A DNA stretch of 27,151 bases from a virus (Duplodnaviria; Caudoviricetes), in IMG/VR virus record IMGVR_UViG_3300034104_003596, positions 1 to 27,151 of that record. One strand, 5' to 3'. Below are positions 8,149-17,420 of the stretch, piece after piece; the first letter of the stretch is position 1; each line of letters starts with the position of its first letter. The notes beneath the pieces were generated by a model, which had not been told where the DNA came from, made no database searches, and saw nothing but the letters and a program-made list of their open reading frames with translations. The position numbers and the translations under genes are program-made.

Positions 8149-8897
8149 CAGCTTGTACTCAAGTCTCCAACTAGTACAAATGACTGTGAAGTATTTAGCT
8201 TAATAAGTGTTGCAGATGAGTTTGTAGCGCGTAAGAATAGCCCAGGCGCCCCAACTACAGACGCAGAACCAGCAGCTACAACTTGAACCGTTCCAGTGCC
8301 TTTACGAAGAATATGCAGCTGTGCACCTTGAGGAAACGCTACTGATGAGTTATCTGGAACCGTAATAGTTACTGCCGAGGCACTATCTACAACAATCATG
8401 GAATTTTTATCAGTAAGTGCAAGGGTGTAATTTGCTGTTTTATTTGAAATAACTAAATCAGACATAGTAACTCCACCAGAGAAATTACCTGAAGCATCAA
8501 TATATGACAAGACAGTTCCTGAGGAGTTCTGCCACTCAAGTAAATTAGCTGATTGAGACGCGGCTCCCTTCAAGATAAGGGGCTTAGTAGTAGCTGCTCC
8601 AGCAGTAATAACGTTTCCTGTATCACCAGCTTTTTTAATATACTGAGTGTGGGTATCAGAAACAATTCCCGTTTCAATGTTTGCCAAACGAGCAGATACA
8701 GTTAAAAAGGGGTTAGAGGTGGTGTTAAACGTTCCACCAGAAGAGGGTGCTGTAGAAATATTTGGGTTTATTCCCAAAATTGTTTCAATAGCAATAACCT
8801 CATCTTGCAAAAGGTTTGGGTGAGACGCATCAATAACGTCTACAACGTTTACTTTTGTAGAGTACGAGGCGATACTGGCTGGGTAGGTTGCTGTCAT
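8148..8897 (-). CDS. Minor tail/fibre-associated structural protein
   Basis: N-terminal YP...K...D.IDASHPNLLQDEV.AIE..LG anchor-like segment. The C-terminal KTANYTLALTDKNSMI...ITVP...FPQG beta-rich domain is of a type common in phage tail proteins. Lies between baseplate J and the fibre. Confidence 0.65.
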   Translation of the reverse strand: MTATYPASIASYSTKVNVVDVIDASHPNLLQDEVIAIETILGINPNISTAPSSGGTFNTTSNPFLTVSARLANIETGIVSDTHTQYIKKAGDTGNVITAGAATTKPLILKGAASQSANLLEWQNSSGTVLSYIDASGNFSGGVTMSDLVISNKTANYTLALTDKNSMIVVDSASAVTITVPDNSSVAFPQGAQLHILRKGTGTVQVVAAGSASVVGAPGLFLRATNSSATLIKLNTSQSFVLVGDLSTS

Positions 8898-8906
8898 GTT
8901 TTTTCC

Positions 8907-11075
8907 TTAGCTCGTGATTCCGCCGGAAGCGTTGATAGTAATGGTTCCTTCTTCTGGTATCTCATTTACAGCACATACAATGTCTGCAACAGAGAATACT
9001 TGCACTCCAACTAAGCGTGCAGTTCCTGAAGCAGCTGTTGATTCCACAACAGTATTTCCAAGGCGTGCATACGTAAAAGTGTTTGGGGTAGTATCTAATA
9101 TTTGATAAGTTCCGTTAAAATTAACGTCCAACCCAGAAACAGTTACATATTTTTCAGCTTGGAACCCGTGGTTAGCAGAAGTAGTAATTGTAGCAACTTC
9201 ACCGCTTAGTGCTTTATTTGTAATAGTCCATGAAGAGGTAACTGCAGCAGAAGTAACATCTGTTGCTGTTTTACTATAGGTAAAGGTAGTTGTAGTTGGA
9301 ACGCTTAAAACAACATAAGTACCATTAAATGTTGTATCTACATTTGTAATGCTGACCGTTTGACCCACCGACAACCCGTGAGCTGACGCAGTTGTAAGAG
9401 TAGCAACATTTGAAGTTAAAGCTTTGTTTGTAACGCTTGCAAACTGCTGTGCGTCACGACGCCTCAGAACATTAAACTGCGAGTAGTCAACGCCCGGTAC
9501 ATTTGCAATAACTCTCATTAAATACTGCAGGCTTATGCGGTCTGAGAACAATACGTTATCAAACGTTAAGATTTCTGCCAAAGCTGCTAAGACCGCACTT
9601 TTAACGTTAATTTGACGATATTGCGGCAAAACTGTTAAATCTAAAGTAATATCAACAGGAACGTAAGAAGGTGGAGCAATAGTTAATGAGGTGTTTGCTG
9701 GTGCTTTACCTTGCAAATAAGTTGCAACAATTTTTTTAAGCACATTAAAAGTATACGTAGGAGTTACGTTATCTACTTCAACGCCTCGGTTTCCAAATAT
9801 GGCCATGTATAAAACAACACTACTGTAGGTCTCGGCTTTTGAGTTTGCTTTTGCAACTCCAGAAACTTGTAAGGCCAAAGAAGAGTAATCGTTTAGAGAA
9901 ACTGCTCTGTTTAGTGACTTAAGGCTAATAGGCGCATTAACTTTAATAGAGTCTGTTGTTTCAGCGCTTGCTCCGCCGCCAGCAGCTGCTGGATTTGTAA
10001 CGCTAAGGCCAGCTTCGTTTATGTTTAATAATTCAGTAAGAGAACCGGCGGTAACGTTACCTTCTTCGCCCCCACCTACTCTATACGTAGCCCTAATAAC
10101 TTTTCCTAGGGGAGGTATTTTTCCACCAATATTGTCACCAAATTGAATAAAAGATATATCATCAGCATCAGTAAACACTGTAAACGCTGGGGTGCTTCCC
10201 GGAAAATCAATAAGGTATTGAGTTCGTTCGTATGAAACATAATCAACTGTTACAGCAACTGTTGACTCAATTACTGGAGAGGTCTTTAGTTGATAAACCT
10301 GATTAGGCTCTCCCGTAGAGCTATAAGTAACAACTTCTTCGGTAATTGTAACCCCTTGAGTTGCAAAAACATCTGTTTGACCAGGTTGAGCTCCGCCAAG
10401 GCCTGTGATAGTTCCTGTTGTAGACGCACTAGCAACAGTTGATGAGCCAATTACAACAGTTAGGGTAGTTGAGCTAGGTACAGTTACAACTGTTGCAGTT
10501 CCAGTTACGGCTGCAAATGGTGACACAGTATTTGTAAAAGTAACAGACTGCCCCACGTAAAAAATGTGAGCTGCTGAAGTAGTTACAGTCACAGTGCCGT
10601 TAGATATAGCTAAATTTGAAATTGTAGAAGTTGTTGTAGAAGCTGGAACTATAATAGTTTCGTCAGTTTCAAACACAACTTGAGATGACACTCCGTTAAT
10701 AGAGGCTGTAGCGCTAACTTGTGTCAGTGCAGGAACCTCAATTGGAGCAGCAGAAGTGTTACTAAACGTAAGTTTTACGTATGAAGGGCTACTCTGAGTA
10801 GGTTGGTAATCTAAAAGAGCAGCCTGGCGCAAAATACTAGAACGTTTTGTAGCCGTTGAGATAAACGCTTCATTTGCGCTTCGGTCAATATAGTATGATT
10901 GCAAATCTCCCAGATAAGCTTGAAGTTGGATTAAAGCGTTACCAAAATCTGTAGAGTCTTTAAAGCTCTTCCATTGAGGTGCGTAAGTAGGTACTAGCAG
11001 ATATAGGTCATCGCGGATAGACAAAAAATCTCGTGAGGTGTAATCCACTTGCGGTACAAAGTTTTGGTCAGCCAC
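8907..11075 (-). CDS. Baseplate J-like wedge protein (T4 gp6 / P2 gpJ family)
   Basis: DYTSRDF, YYIDRSANEAFISTA, IQFGD..GGKIPP, YRVGGG..GNV, GGA.AE and RAVSLNDY motifs. Carries three inserted beta-domains. Confidence 0.9.
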   Translation of the reverse strand: MADQNFVPQVDYTSRDFLSIRDDLYLLVPTYAPQWKSFKDSTDFGNALIQLQAYLGDLQSYYIDRSANEAFISTATKRSSILRQAALLDYQPTQSSPSYVKLTFSNTSAAPIEVPALTQVSATASINGVSSQVVFETDETIIVPASTTTSTISNLAISNGTVTVTTSAAHIFYVGQSVTFTNTVSPFAAVTGTATVVTVPSSTTLTVVIGSSTVASASTTGTITGLGGAQPGQTDVFATQGVTITEEVVTYSSTGEPNQVYQLKTSPVIESTVAVTVDYVSYERTQYLIDFPGSTPAFTVFTDADDISFIQFGDNIGGKIPPLGKVIRATYRVGGGEEGNVTAGSLTELLNINEAGLSVTNPAAAGGGASAETTDSIKVNAPISLKSLNRAVSLNDYSSLALQVSGVAKANSKAETYSSVVLYMAIFGNRGVEVDNVTPTYTFNVLKKIVATYLQGKAPANTSLTIAPPSYVPVDITLDLTVLPQYRQINVKSAVLAALAEILTFDNVLFSDRISLQYLMRVIANVPGVDYSQFNVLRRRDAQQFASVTNKALTSNVATLTTASAHGLSVGQTVSITNVDTTFNGTYVVLSVPTTTTFTYSKTATDVTSAAVTSSWTITNKALSGEVATITTSANHGFQAEKYVTVSGLDVNFNGTYQILDTTPNTFTYARLGNTVVESTAASGTARLVGVQVFSVADIVCAVNEIPEEGTITINASGGITS

Positions 11076-11475
11076 TGGTTACCTCGTTAATAATATCGCC
11101 AAATCGGGTGAAAGTTGCAGTTCTTATTCTAACGGAATCTTGGACCCCAGTAACGTCAGCGTAGTAAATTTCTAGGTCAAAATACCCGGTGTCGTTGTCT
11201 AAAATGCCTGTCAAGTCATTAAACATCAATGTAGGGAACCATTTTGAAAACGCCTCAGCTATAGTTGTTCGGCACATTTCTAGTGCTGCCTGTTCATTTT
11301 CAAAAACAGATTTTGGTACTAGGGTCCCGTAATTAGGAAGCATTACCCGCTCTCCTAAATTAGTTAGGACTACCAAAATAATTCTGTCTTTCCATATTTT
11401 TCTTTGGTCGTATGTATGCTCAACAAGCCCTGTGGCATTAAATTTAAACGGCCAAACTATTGCTGATTCTGCCAT
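11068..11475 (-). CDS. Baseplate wedge subunit / sheath initiator (gp25/gpW family)
   Basis: WPF at the N-terminus, the LTNLGERVMLPNYGT signature, and FSKWFP. Confidence 0.88.
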   Translation of the reverse strand: MAESAIVWPFKFNATGLVEHTYDQRKIWKDRIILVVLTNLGERVMLPNYGTLVPKSVFENEQAALEMCRTTIAEAFSKWFPTLMFNDLTGILDNDTGYFDLEIYYADVTGVQDSVRIRTATFTRFGDIINEVTSG

Positions 11476-11750
11476 TACAGTACTCCCATCCAGACTGGAA
11501 AATTAGGGTCTCCGCCTACAAACATTACCCAAACAACGGCGTTTCTAGCGGGGACGCTTTCATTTGCGGCCACAGGAGTTCCGTTTGAAACCCCAGGTGC
11601 TCGGCATGGCAAAGCCCAATTAGATACAGCTTCCCCAGTTATTTGCGGAACAGTTAATTTAATGCGGCTTCTGCGCTCTGGGTCGTCAATATCTACACAT
11701 TTTCCAGGGTAAATGCCATAAAAACGGCGGTCGTAATCTTCAGAGGACAC
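11475..11750 (-). CDS. Baseplate spike protein (gp5/gpV), OB-fold domain only
   Basis: FYGIYPGKCVDIDDPE...RIKLTVPQITG...WALPC...VP.....VWVMFVGGDPNFPVWMG is the gp5-N/Phage_base_V OB domain. The ORF ends two residues later. GTG start. Confidence 0.85.
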   Translation of the reverse strand: MSSEDYDRRFYGIYPGKCVDIDDPERRSRIKLTVPQITGEAVSNWALPCRAPGVSNGTPVAANESVPARNAVVWVMFVGGDPNFPVWMGVL

Positions 11751-13074
11751 CTAAAGCACCTAACCTTTCACTTGCCGCTTGCGTTCTAACTGGTCCTTCA
11801 CGCCGCTCTTGACGCCGTAAATCTCTGTTACCTCTAGCAACCCACTTTACAATGGTAGTTTCTTCAGAAGTTAAGGGGGCTCGATTTACCGTTTTTGAGA
11901 TAGAGCGAGGAGATGAAGACAGCTTACCTATGTTAGACACGGATAACCCCGTAAACCCCTTTAACTTGTCTTGGCTTTGGCCAATAATAATCTTACGAAC
12001 TTCTGGAGTTGGACGAGCTAGTAAAGTGGTTCCGTCTTTCCATCGGTTTCCTTTTCCCAAAGAGTCAAGGCCAAGTATAAGTTTAGTTGTATAGCGTAAA
12101 CTTTCAATTACGTGTTCGGCCTCTAAAATTATCCAGTACCCCTCATAAGACTCTCCAATACCGGACAAATAAATAGGCATTCCTGGGCGTAAAGAAGCGT
12201 TTCCTAGCACCTCAGCAGTTGCTCTGTAAGGAAACATAGCCATAAGGTCTACAGATTCAGCCTCATAGTTAGCTGAGCTGTAATCTAAAGCTACAACATC
12301 AGTATTAAATCTATCAAAAAACTCTTCAGTTCTGTTCTGTCGAACGGTTATGTCTCTAGTTTGTTTAGTTATTGCAAAGTTTGTTTTGGCACTTGTAGTT
12401 AAATCAATTCCAGAAATAGCTGTTGCAGACTTGGAGCCCTCTTCCCAGTGTAAAGTTTCTCCAATAATCGGGTTAAATGAGTACAACGTACTTCCTTCAG
12501 GGTCGTTAGCGTTACGCATTTCAAAAATATTTGCTTGAGCTTTATAGGTTGTAAAATCTTCGTCTAAAGGCTCAAAATAAATTGAAGTATTTTCAGTGCG
12601 TAAAGAATAACCGCATTGTTTAGCTAAACGAACCATTAACAACCAGTCACTAATTCCAGCTTGAGCAATTTGAGGGTACACTCTGGGGTGGTCGACAACT
12701 GAGTAAGAAAATTCGTTTCTTTCAGCAATCTCTTTAACTACAGCAGAAGCCGTCATATTTTTGTATATTTTTTGAGAAGCTTGTTTTAAAACGTACGACG
12801 CGCTAATTAAAACTACTTTTACGTGGTCAGCTCCAGGAGTTTTTACAGGCTCAAGGTGGTGAACATACCCATAAAAAGTTCGCTCACTGTTAGGCTCTTG
12901 GTACAGAACGTCTACAGGAATTCCTGGTTTTATTAGGTCAAAAATAGGTTCCCACTCGTTAAAGGTAAGATAAGCAATCTCGTGCTTATACTTTTCTTGA
13001 ACAAGGCGAAAAGAACTGAGTCTAGAAGGTGCATTGTCAATTCCGTTAAATTTAATGCTAATAAACTTAAGCAC
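11740..13074 (-). CDS. Baseplate hub protein (gpD / gp27 / VgrG-N-like)
   Basis: TFYGYV, MTASAVVKEIA, QAGISDWLLMVRLAKQCGY and GNASLRPG..I.LSGIG..YEGYW.I..AEH motifs. Positioned between the LysM and gpV genes. Confidence 0.85.
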   Translation of the reverse strand: MLKFISIKFNGIDNAPSRLSSFRLVQEKYKHEIAYLTFNEWEPIFDLIKPGIPVDVLYQEPNSERTFYGYVHHLEPVKTPGADHVKVVLISASYVLKQASQKIYKNMTASAVVKEIAERNEFSYSVVDHPRVYPQIAQAGISDWLLMVRLAKQCGYSLRTENTSIYFEPLDEDFTTYKAQANIFEMRNANDPEGSTLYSFNPIIGETLHWEEGSKSATAISGIDLTTSAKTNFAITKQTRDITVRQNRTEEFFDRFNTDVVALDYSSANYEAESVDLMAMFPYRATAEVLGNASLRPGMPIYLSGIGESYEGYWIILEAEHVIESLRYTTKLILGLDSLGKGNRWKDGTTLLARPTPEVRKIIIGQSQDKLKGFTGLSVSNIGKLSSSPRSISKTVNRAPLTSEETTIVKWVARGNRDLRRQERREGPVRTQAASERLGALGVL

Positions 13075-13351
13075 GGCGAGGTATCCTAATAACTGTTCCC
13101 GGAGTAATGTTTAAAACATCTTCAATTTCTGGGTTTGCTTCTGCAATAACCCACCAAGAGTAAGGGCTTCTGTAATTACTTTGAGCTATATTGTCTAACC
13201 TATCTCCGTCTTGCCAAACATAATCTGACCAGTTTAAGGTACCAAGCTCACCAAAATCGTAAGTTACTACAGATGTTATGTTGCCACCTTCTACAACAGA
13301 AATGTAATAAACATACGAGTCGTTGTACCTTGAGTTTCTTAGAATAGTCAT
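13067..13351 (-). CDS. LysM-domain baseplate protein (P2 gpX / T4 gp53-like)
   Basis: QDGDRLDNIAQSNY.SP.SWWVIAEANP......ITPGTVIRIP LysM-like pattern. Confidence 0.85.
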   Translation of the reverse strand: MTILRNSRYNDSYVYYISVVEGGNITSVVTYDFGELGTLNWSDYVWQDGDRLDNIAQSNYRSPYSWWVIAEANPEIEDVLNITPGTVIRIPRRA

Positions 13352-14751
13352 TATGCACCTTCTGCCAATCCAACGGAAGCCATAAGGTTTGCTTGAATTT
13401 GTATTTGACTTCTAATAGGTTTCATATCAGTAGTAAATTGTAAATGGTTTACGGCAATACCGTTGATGTACCCAAGGTAATTTAACGGGCCAATTTCAAT
13501 TTTTACTAAGGTTGCAGACAAAAATCCAATATCTGAAGTAACGCGACCAAGGGAGTTTTTCCACCCACCCGACATGTAATTAGCATTTGGACCATTAATA
13601 GTCTGATATAAAAATTCAATATCGTGCAAAGTGCCTAACTCATATAGCTCTCTAAGCTGCTTTGTCATCATCTCTGGGGTAGCTATACCTAGCTTATGTG
13701 GAGTGTAAAATTTAGAAAAGTTTTCTCTCCACTGTTTTTCTCTGTCTTTTCCTTGTGCAGGGTCCCATTGTTTTGGGCCTTTATGAGCAAAGCAAGCAAA
13801 ATCGTTAATACGATTAATTTCAAGGTTTAACGTAATTGTCTCTTGACCAGGAAACGCGCCAGCAACTCCAACAAATCGGTCTTGCATAGATGGTGTTACA
13901 TCTGGGTTTAAGCTAACTGATGTTCCAAAAGAATCTGGGTTCCACAAAAATTGAAAACCCATTTTACGAGCATCAGCGGTTGGCGTAGACCCGTTTCCAG
14001 TGAATTTAGTGTCAGATGCAGTGGCGTACCAAACAATTCTTCCACGACGCATTGCATTCTTTGGGCTAGTATTTGGGTTAGTTCCGACTACGTTTGCTTT
14101 TGTAGCAGAATTTCCTTTATCTTGGGCGCTACCCGGAGAAACAATATACTTTTTAAAATCTCTGTGGTCTACGGTAGAAGGAGCAAGAGGTAAGCTCCAT
14201 TCATGTGGAGATAAATTAAATTTGTAGCCGGCTAAATCAATAGGTGGAGTAAATTCATCTTTACTTGACCTAGCTAGTTTTTCAGTAATATTGAAAGGAC
14301 TATTTTTATCAAAAAATTTTCCAAGAACAAACCCCGCTACCCCTAATGGACCAGCAGCAGCCGCTGATACGACAGATTTTGGGTTAAAAGTTACTGCTGA
14401 AGTAACAGCTCCTCCAATTCTAGAAGTAAAGTAGTTAGAAGCAAATAAAGCCCCCCCTACCGCAGAAAAAACGGCTCCTGACGCTGATGCAGCTGGTCCG
14501 CCAGCAGCTACTTCCGTAGACACTTGTTTTACTGCTGTTCCAGTACCAAGAACAGGGTCAACTACTGCGGCTACTGTTTTTGAGGTTGTTGAACTAGCAA
14601 CGTTTAGTGAGGCGCCTAGCCCAAGAAGCGGCCTACCACCAGGTGGTACAGCAACAACCTGTTCAGCGTTTACTCTGCGAACAGCTCTAGTTGTTGTGGT
14701 AATTGGGTAAGAAAGGTTATAGGTCGTCCCGTTTGTTGGTAGGTTGCTCAT
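13351..14751 (-). CDS. Probable tail tube initiator / baseplate tube protein with a low-complexity N-terminal extension
   Basis: GFQFLWNPDSF and YLGYINGIAVNHLQFTTDMKPIRS resemble CIS-tube/tube-initiator domains. Lies between the tape measure and LysM genes. The first about 150 aa are Ala/Val/Gly/Ser-rich. Confidence 0.6.
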   Translation of the reverse strand: MSNLPTNGTTYNLSYPITTTTRAVRRVNAEQVVAVPPGGRPLLGLGASLNVASSTTSKTVAAVVDPVLGTGTAVKQVSTEVAAGGPAASASGAVFSAVGGALFASNYFTSRIGGAVTSAVTFNPKSVVSAAAAGPLGVAGFVLGKFFDKNSPFNITEKLARSSKDEFTPPIDLAGYKFNLSPHEWSLPLAPSTVDHRDFKKYIVSPGSAQDKGNSATKANVVGTNPNTSPKNAMRRGRIVWYATASDTKFTGNGSTPTADARKMGFQFLWNPDSFGTSVSLNPDVTPSMQDRFVGVAGAFPGQETITLNLEINRINDFACFAHKGPKQWDPAQGKDREKQWRENFSKFYTPHKLGIATPEMMTKQLRELYELGTLHDIEFLYQTINGPNANYMSGGWKNSLGRVTSDIGFLSATLVKIEIGPLNYLGYINGIAVNHLQFTTDMKPIRSQIQIQANLMASVGLAEGA

Positions 14752-17267
14752 TAGTGTGAGACTGCCTTTCTAATTAAGTTGTCATAATCAAGTGCTTTTT
14801 TAATTTCTGCAGCAAGTTTCGTTTCATCCCAATTTGCGGAACCTTCAACTTTAATAGTTATGCCACCATAGTTGACGTTGTACCCGCCATTTCCTGAGGC
14901 ACCTGAAGCTGATACAGGCCCACCCTCAGCACGAGCCCCTACAACGTCAGTTTGAAGTCCTTTACTTAGTTCAGCAACTAACTTTGCAAAGTCAGTCGGG
15001 GTAAGCGCTCCCTTAAGCTTGCCAATAATTCCTTTAATTCCACCGAATGGGCCAGAAGTTGTAATAGTGTTAAAAATGTCGCCTACAACGTCACCAACTT
15101 TGTTGACTACTCCACCAGCAACGTCACCAACTTTGTCGGCTACTCCACCAACAAAATTAGTGGCTCCTTGTGCTGCAACTCTAAGTTTTCCTTTAACTGT
15201 ATCGTAATAAGGGTCGTTACGTCTAGGGTGCCCAAATATTGGGCCATCAAGACCGGCTTTTGTTTTAGTCGACCAAGATTTAAACTGTCTACCTTCACTT
15301 GATATTGCCCAAGCTGCTCTAGCATTTTTAACTGGGTCATACAAATCCCAATAGTTATGTATACCGTACCTAGCATAATCTTTTAGACGTTTTTTACCCA
15401 TATCTTCATTTGCACCGCCGCCCCAATCATTTTTCATATTGATTTGAAACAGCCCATATGAAACGTCTTTGCCTTCAAAGTTTTCTCTGTCGGGGATGCC
15501 ACCAGATTCGTATTTAATAATACTGAGCGCGTTTTCAATATCTTCTTCTGATTTCCATCCGCCTTTTATTAGCGCAGTTCTAAGTTCTGCTTTTTGGGCG
15601 GCGGTCCCGTTCAGCAGAGACTTTGACTTGTCATACATTCGTGTTCCGTGTTTGTGTGGGGTGCCCTTATCCCATTCAGGGTGCATGTGGCCTTCACCAA
15701 CGGCTTTTGTTGTTACATTTCCGCCTTGATGCATAAAGCCTGCAAAATTAAGTTTATTATTTGGAATAACTTGGCCATCTTGCTCAGGAGCAAAAAACTC
15801 AGGCCCGTTTACCCCAATCATTCTTTGTCCGCTTCCACCGCCGTGAGGAACAAAAAGTTCTGGTCCTTTTTCACCAACAATGTATGTATTTCTAGCCCCT
15901 GCGGTTCCGCCCTCTGCCAGTCCTGTAAATGGAATGCCAGTTATCATATCAAGAATGTCTCCGCCAATGCCGTTACCAACCCCAACTAGCGTGTCAGCAA
16001 ACCCCTTGCTACCAGCAAACGTATACATTAATTGCTTAAGGCCTGGCAGATTAGAAATTTTTACTAGTAAATTGCTCATACCGCGAGCCATTCCGTTTGC
16101 TATTTCAAACCCTTGAACAATTGAGTCTGTAAACTGACCAATCATATTACCTGATGCGTTATCTCTTTTACCCTTAGACTTAATAGCGTCTGGAATAACT
16201 CCGGCTGCAGATAGTTGTTCTTGACTTCCTAAATCAACTACGCCAGAAGCTTTTGCTAAAAGACCGTCTTCAATAATTTTTCTAGTCATTGGGTCGTTGC
16301 CAAAATACTGTTCTAGTAAAGAGTCTAGAGCGTTTCCTGGCTGCAATGACATGTGTAAATCGTGCTTAGTAATTGCAGAGCCACCACGTTTTTGTTTATT
16401 TAATGTTGACCATAAATCTTCAATAATTTGTTTTAAATCTCGCATGGTGCCTGTAGCGGCATCTCTAACGTTTACGCCAATAACTTTAAGATAATTAACG
16501 TTACGTGCTGCGTTTAAACCAGTAAGGGCGCTAGCAGCTCCTGTGAAGCCAATGCCAGGAGTTAAGTTAGAGGCAAGGGCTAAGCTATTTCCAATTCCTG
16601 GGATGTTTGTTCCTAAAGAGCGAGAGCTGTTTAACGCCTCAATTACGTCAGTAGCAGAGGTTTGCACGCCTTTCATTCCAAGGTCAGTGCCCATGTTACG
16701 AATAACAGTTTGTTGGTCATCAGGGTTGCCCGCTGAACCGCCCATTCCTGCAAATGCTGCACGGTTACGGTTGTACTCGTAGTCAAAGCTTTGTTGAACA
16801 GTAGGAAGCCCCATATAAGCCATTTTCATTGGCTTTACGAGTCCTTCGAGTATTCCTCCAATAATAGGGACTTTATTAACTTCCCCAAAAGGCCCTCTCT
16901 TCCAACCTTCGTTGGGGTCTGTCTCAACAACTCCAGGGTTGATTTTAGGTTGTTCAGGCATCCCATGTGCGCCCTTAGCGCCGGGATTAACTACCTGTGG
17001 TGCTGCGGCGGGCCCACCAGCGTGTGGTTGGGTAGGCATTCCATTTGCGCCAATAACAGGAGGGATGCCTGGGCTAGACATAACAGAGCTACCAGCTCCG
17101 TCAGTTGTTCCTTCTTTTCCTATGATAGCCGCAGCATGCTTGGCCTGCCCCTGCATAAATTTTTCAGTGGCTTTTGCGGAGGCCTCAATACCATCGCCAT
17201 GTTTATCAAGCTTGGCGTAGATATCTACAACAGACTGTAAGTTTTTTAATTTGTCTGTAAATGCCAT
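14751..17267 (-). CDS. Tape measure protein with a lytic transglycosylase (SLT-like) domain
   Basis: Follows the chaperone gene. Contains A.GG...VGEKGPELFVP, typical of tape-measure C-terminal regions, and SLT motifs KYESGG, SYGLFQIN and LYDPVKNARAAWAIS at about 15260-15580. AAGGAGG SD. Confidence 0.88.
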   Translation of the reverse strand: MAFTDKLKNLQSVVDIYAKLDKHGDGIEASAKATEKFMQGQAKHAAAIIGKEGTTDGAGSSVMSSPGIPPVIGANGMPTQPHAGGPAAAPQVVNPGAKGAHGMPEQPKINPGVVETDPNEGWKRGPFGEVNKVPIIGGILEGLVKPMKMAYMGLPTVQQSFDYEYNRNRAAFAGMGGSAGNPDDQQTVIRNMGTDLGMKGVQTSATDVIEALNSSRSLGTNIPGIGNSLALASNLTPGIGFTGAASALTGLNAARNVNYLKVIGVNVRDAATGTMRDLKQIIEDLWSTLNKQKRGGSAITKHDLHMSLQPGNALDSLLEQYFGNDPMTRKIIEDGLLAKASGVVDLGSQEQLSAAGVIPDAIKSKGKRDNASGNMIGQFTDSIVQGFEIANGMARGMSNLLVKISNLPGLKQLMYTFAGSKGFADTLVGVGNGIGGDILDMITGIPFTGLAEGGTAGARNTYIVGEKGPELFVPHGGGSGQRMIGVNGPEFFAPEQDGQVIPNNKLNFAGFMHQGGNVTTKAVGEGHMHPEWDKGTPHKHGTRMYDKSKSLLNGTAAQKAELRTALIKGGWKSEEDIENALSIIKYESGGIPDRENFEGKDVSYGLFQINMKNDWGGGANEDMGKKRLKDYARYGIHNYWDLYDPVKNARAAWAISSEGRQFKSWSTKTKAGLDGPIFGHPRRNDPYYDTVKGKLRVAAQGATNFVGGVADKVGDVAGGVVNKVGDVVGDIFNTITTSGPFGGIKGIIGKLKGALTPTDFAKLVAELSKGLQTDVVGARAEGGPVSASGASGNGGYNVNYGGITIKVEGSANWDETKLAAEIKKALDYDNLIRKAVSH
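15086..15151 (-). repeat. Two-copy 33-nt tandem repeat (11-aa amphipathic unit) in the tape measure gene
   Basis: CAACGTCACCAACTTTGTTGACTACTCCACCAG followed by CAACGTCACCAACTTTGTCGGCTACTCCACCAA, encoding GGVADKVGDVA/GGVVNKVGDVV. Confidence 0.85.
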
Positions 17268-17279
17268 GTTGATGCCTCC

Positions 17280-17420
17280 TTACCTTCTGCTTATGGCTCG
17301 TGAAAGCCAATTGTTTCGCTCTCTATACGAAAGCGCACGAATGTCAGATAATGTCCACCCAGTAAATACTCGAGATAGTAATTCGTATTGGTCCATTAAA
17401 TCTGTGTAATTAGAAACGAA
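17280..17420 (-). CDS. Tail assembly chaperone extension (gpT-like ORF), probably reached by frameshifting; not in the ORF track
   Basis: The +1 frame relative to the chaperone reads FVSNYTDLMDQYELLSRVFTGWTLSDIRALSYRERNNWLSRAISRR*. It fills the gap between the chaperone and tape measure genes. The internal ATG (17394-17396) has no recognisable SD. Confidence 0.75.
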   Translation of the reverse strand, partial: FVSNYTDLMDQYELLSRVFTGWTLSDIRALSYRERNNWLSRAISRR

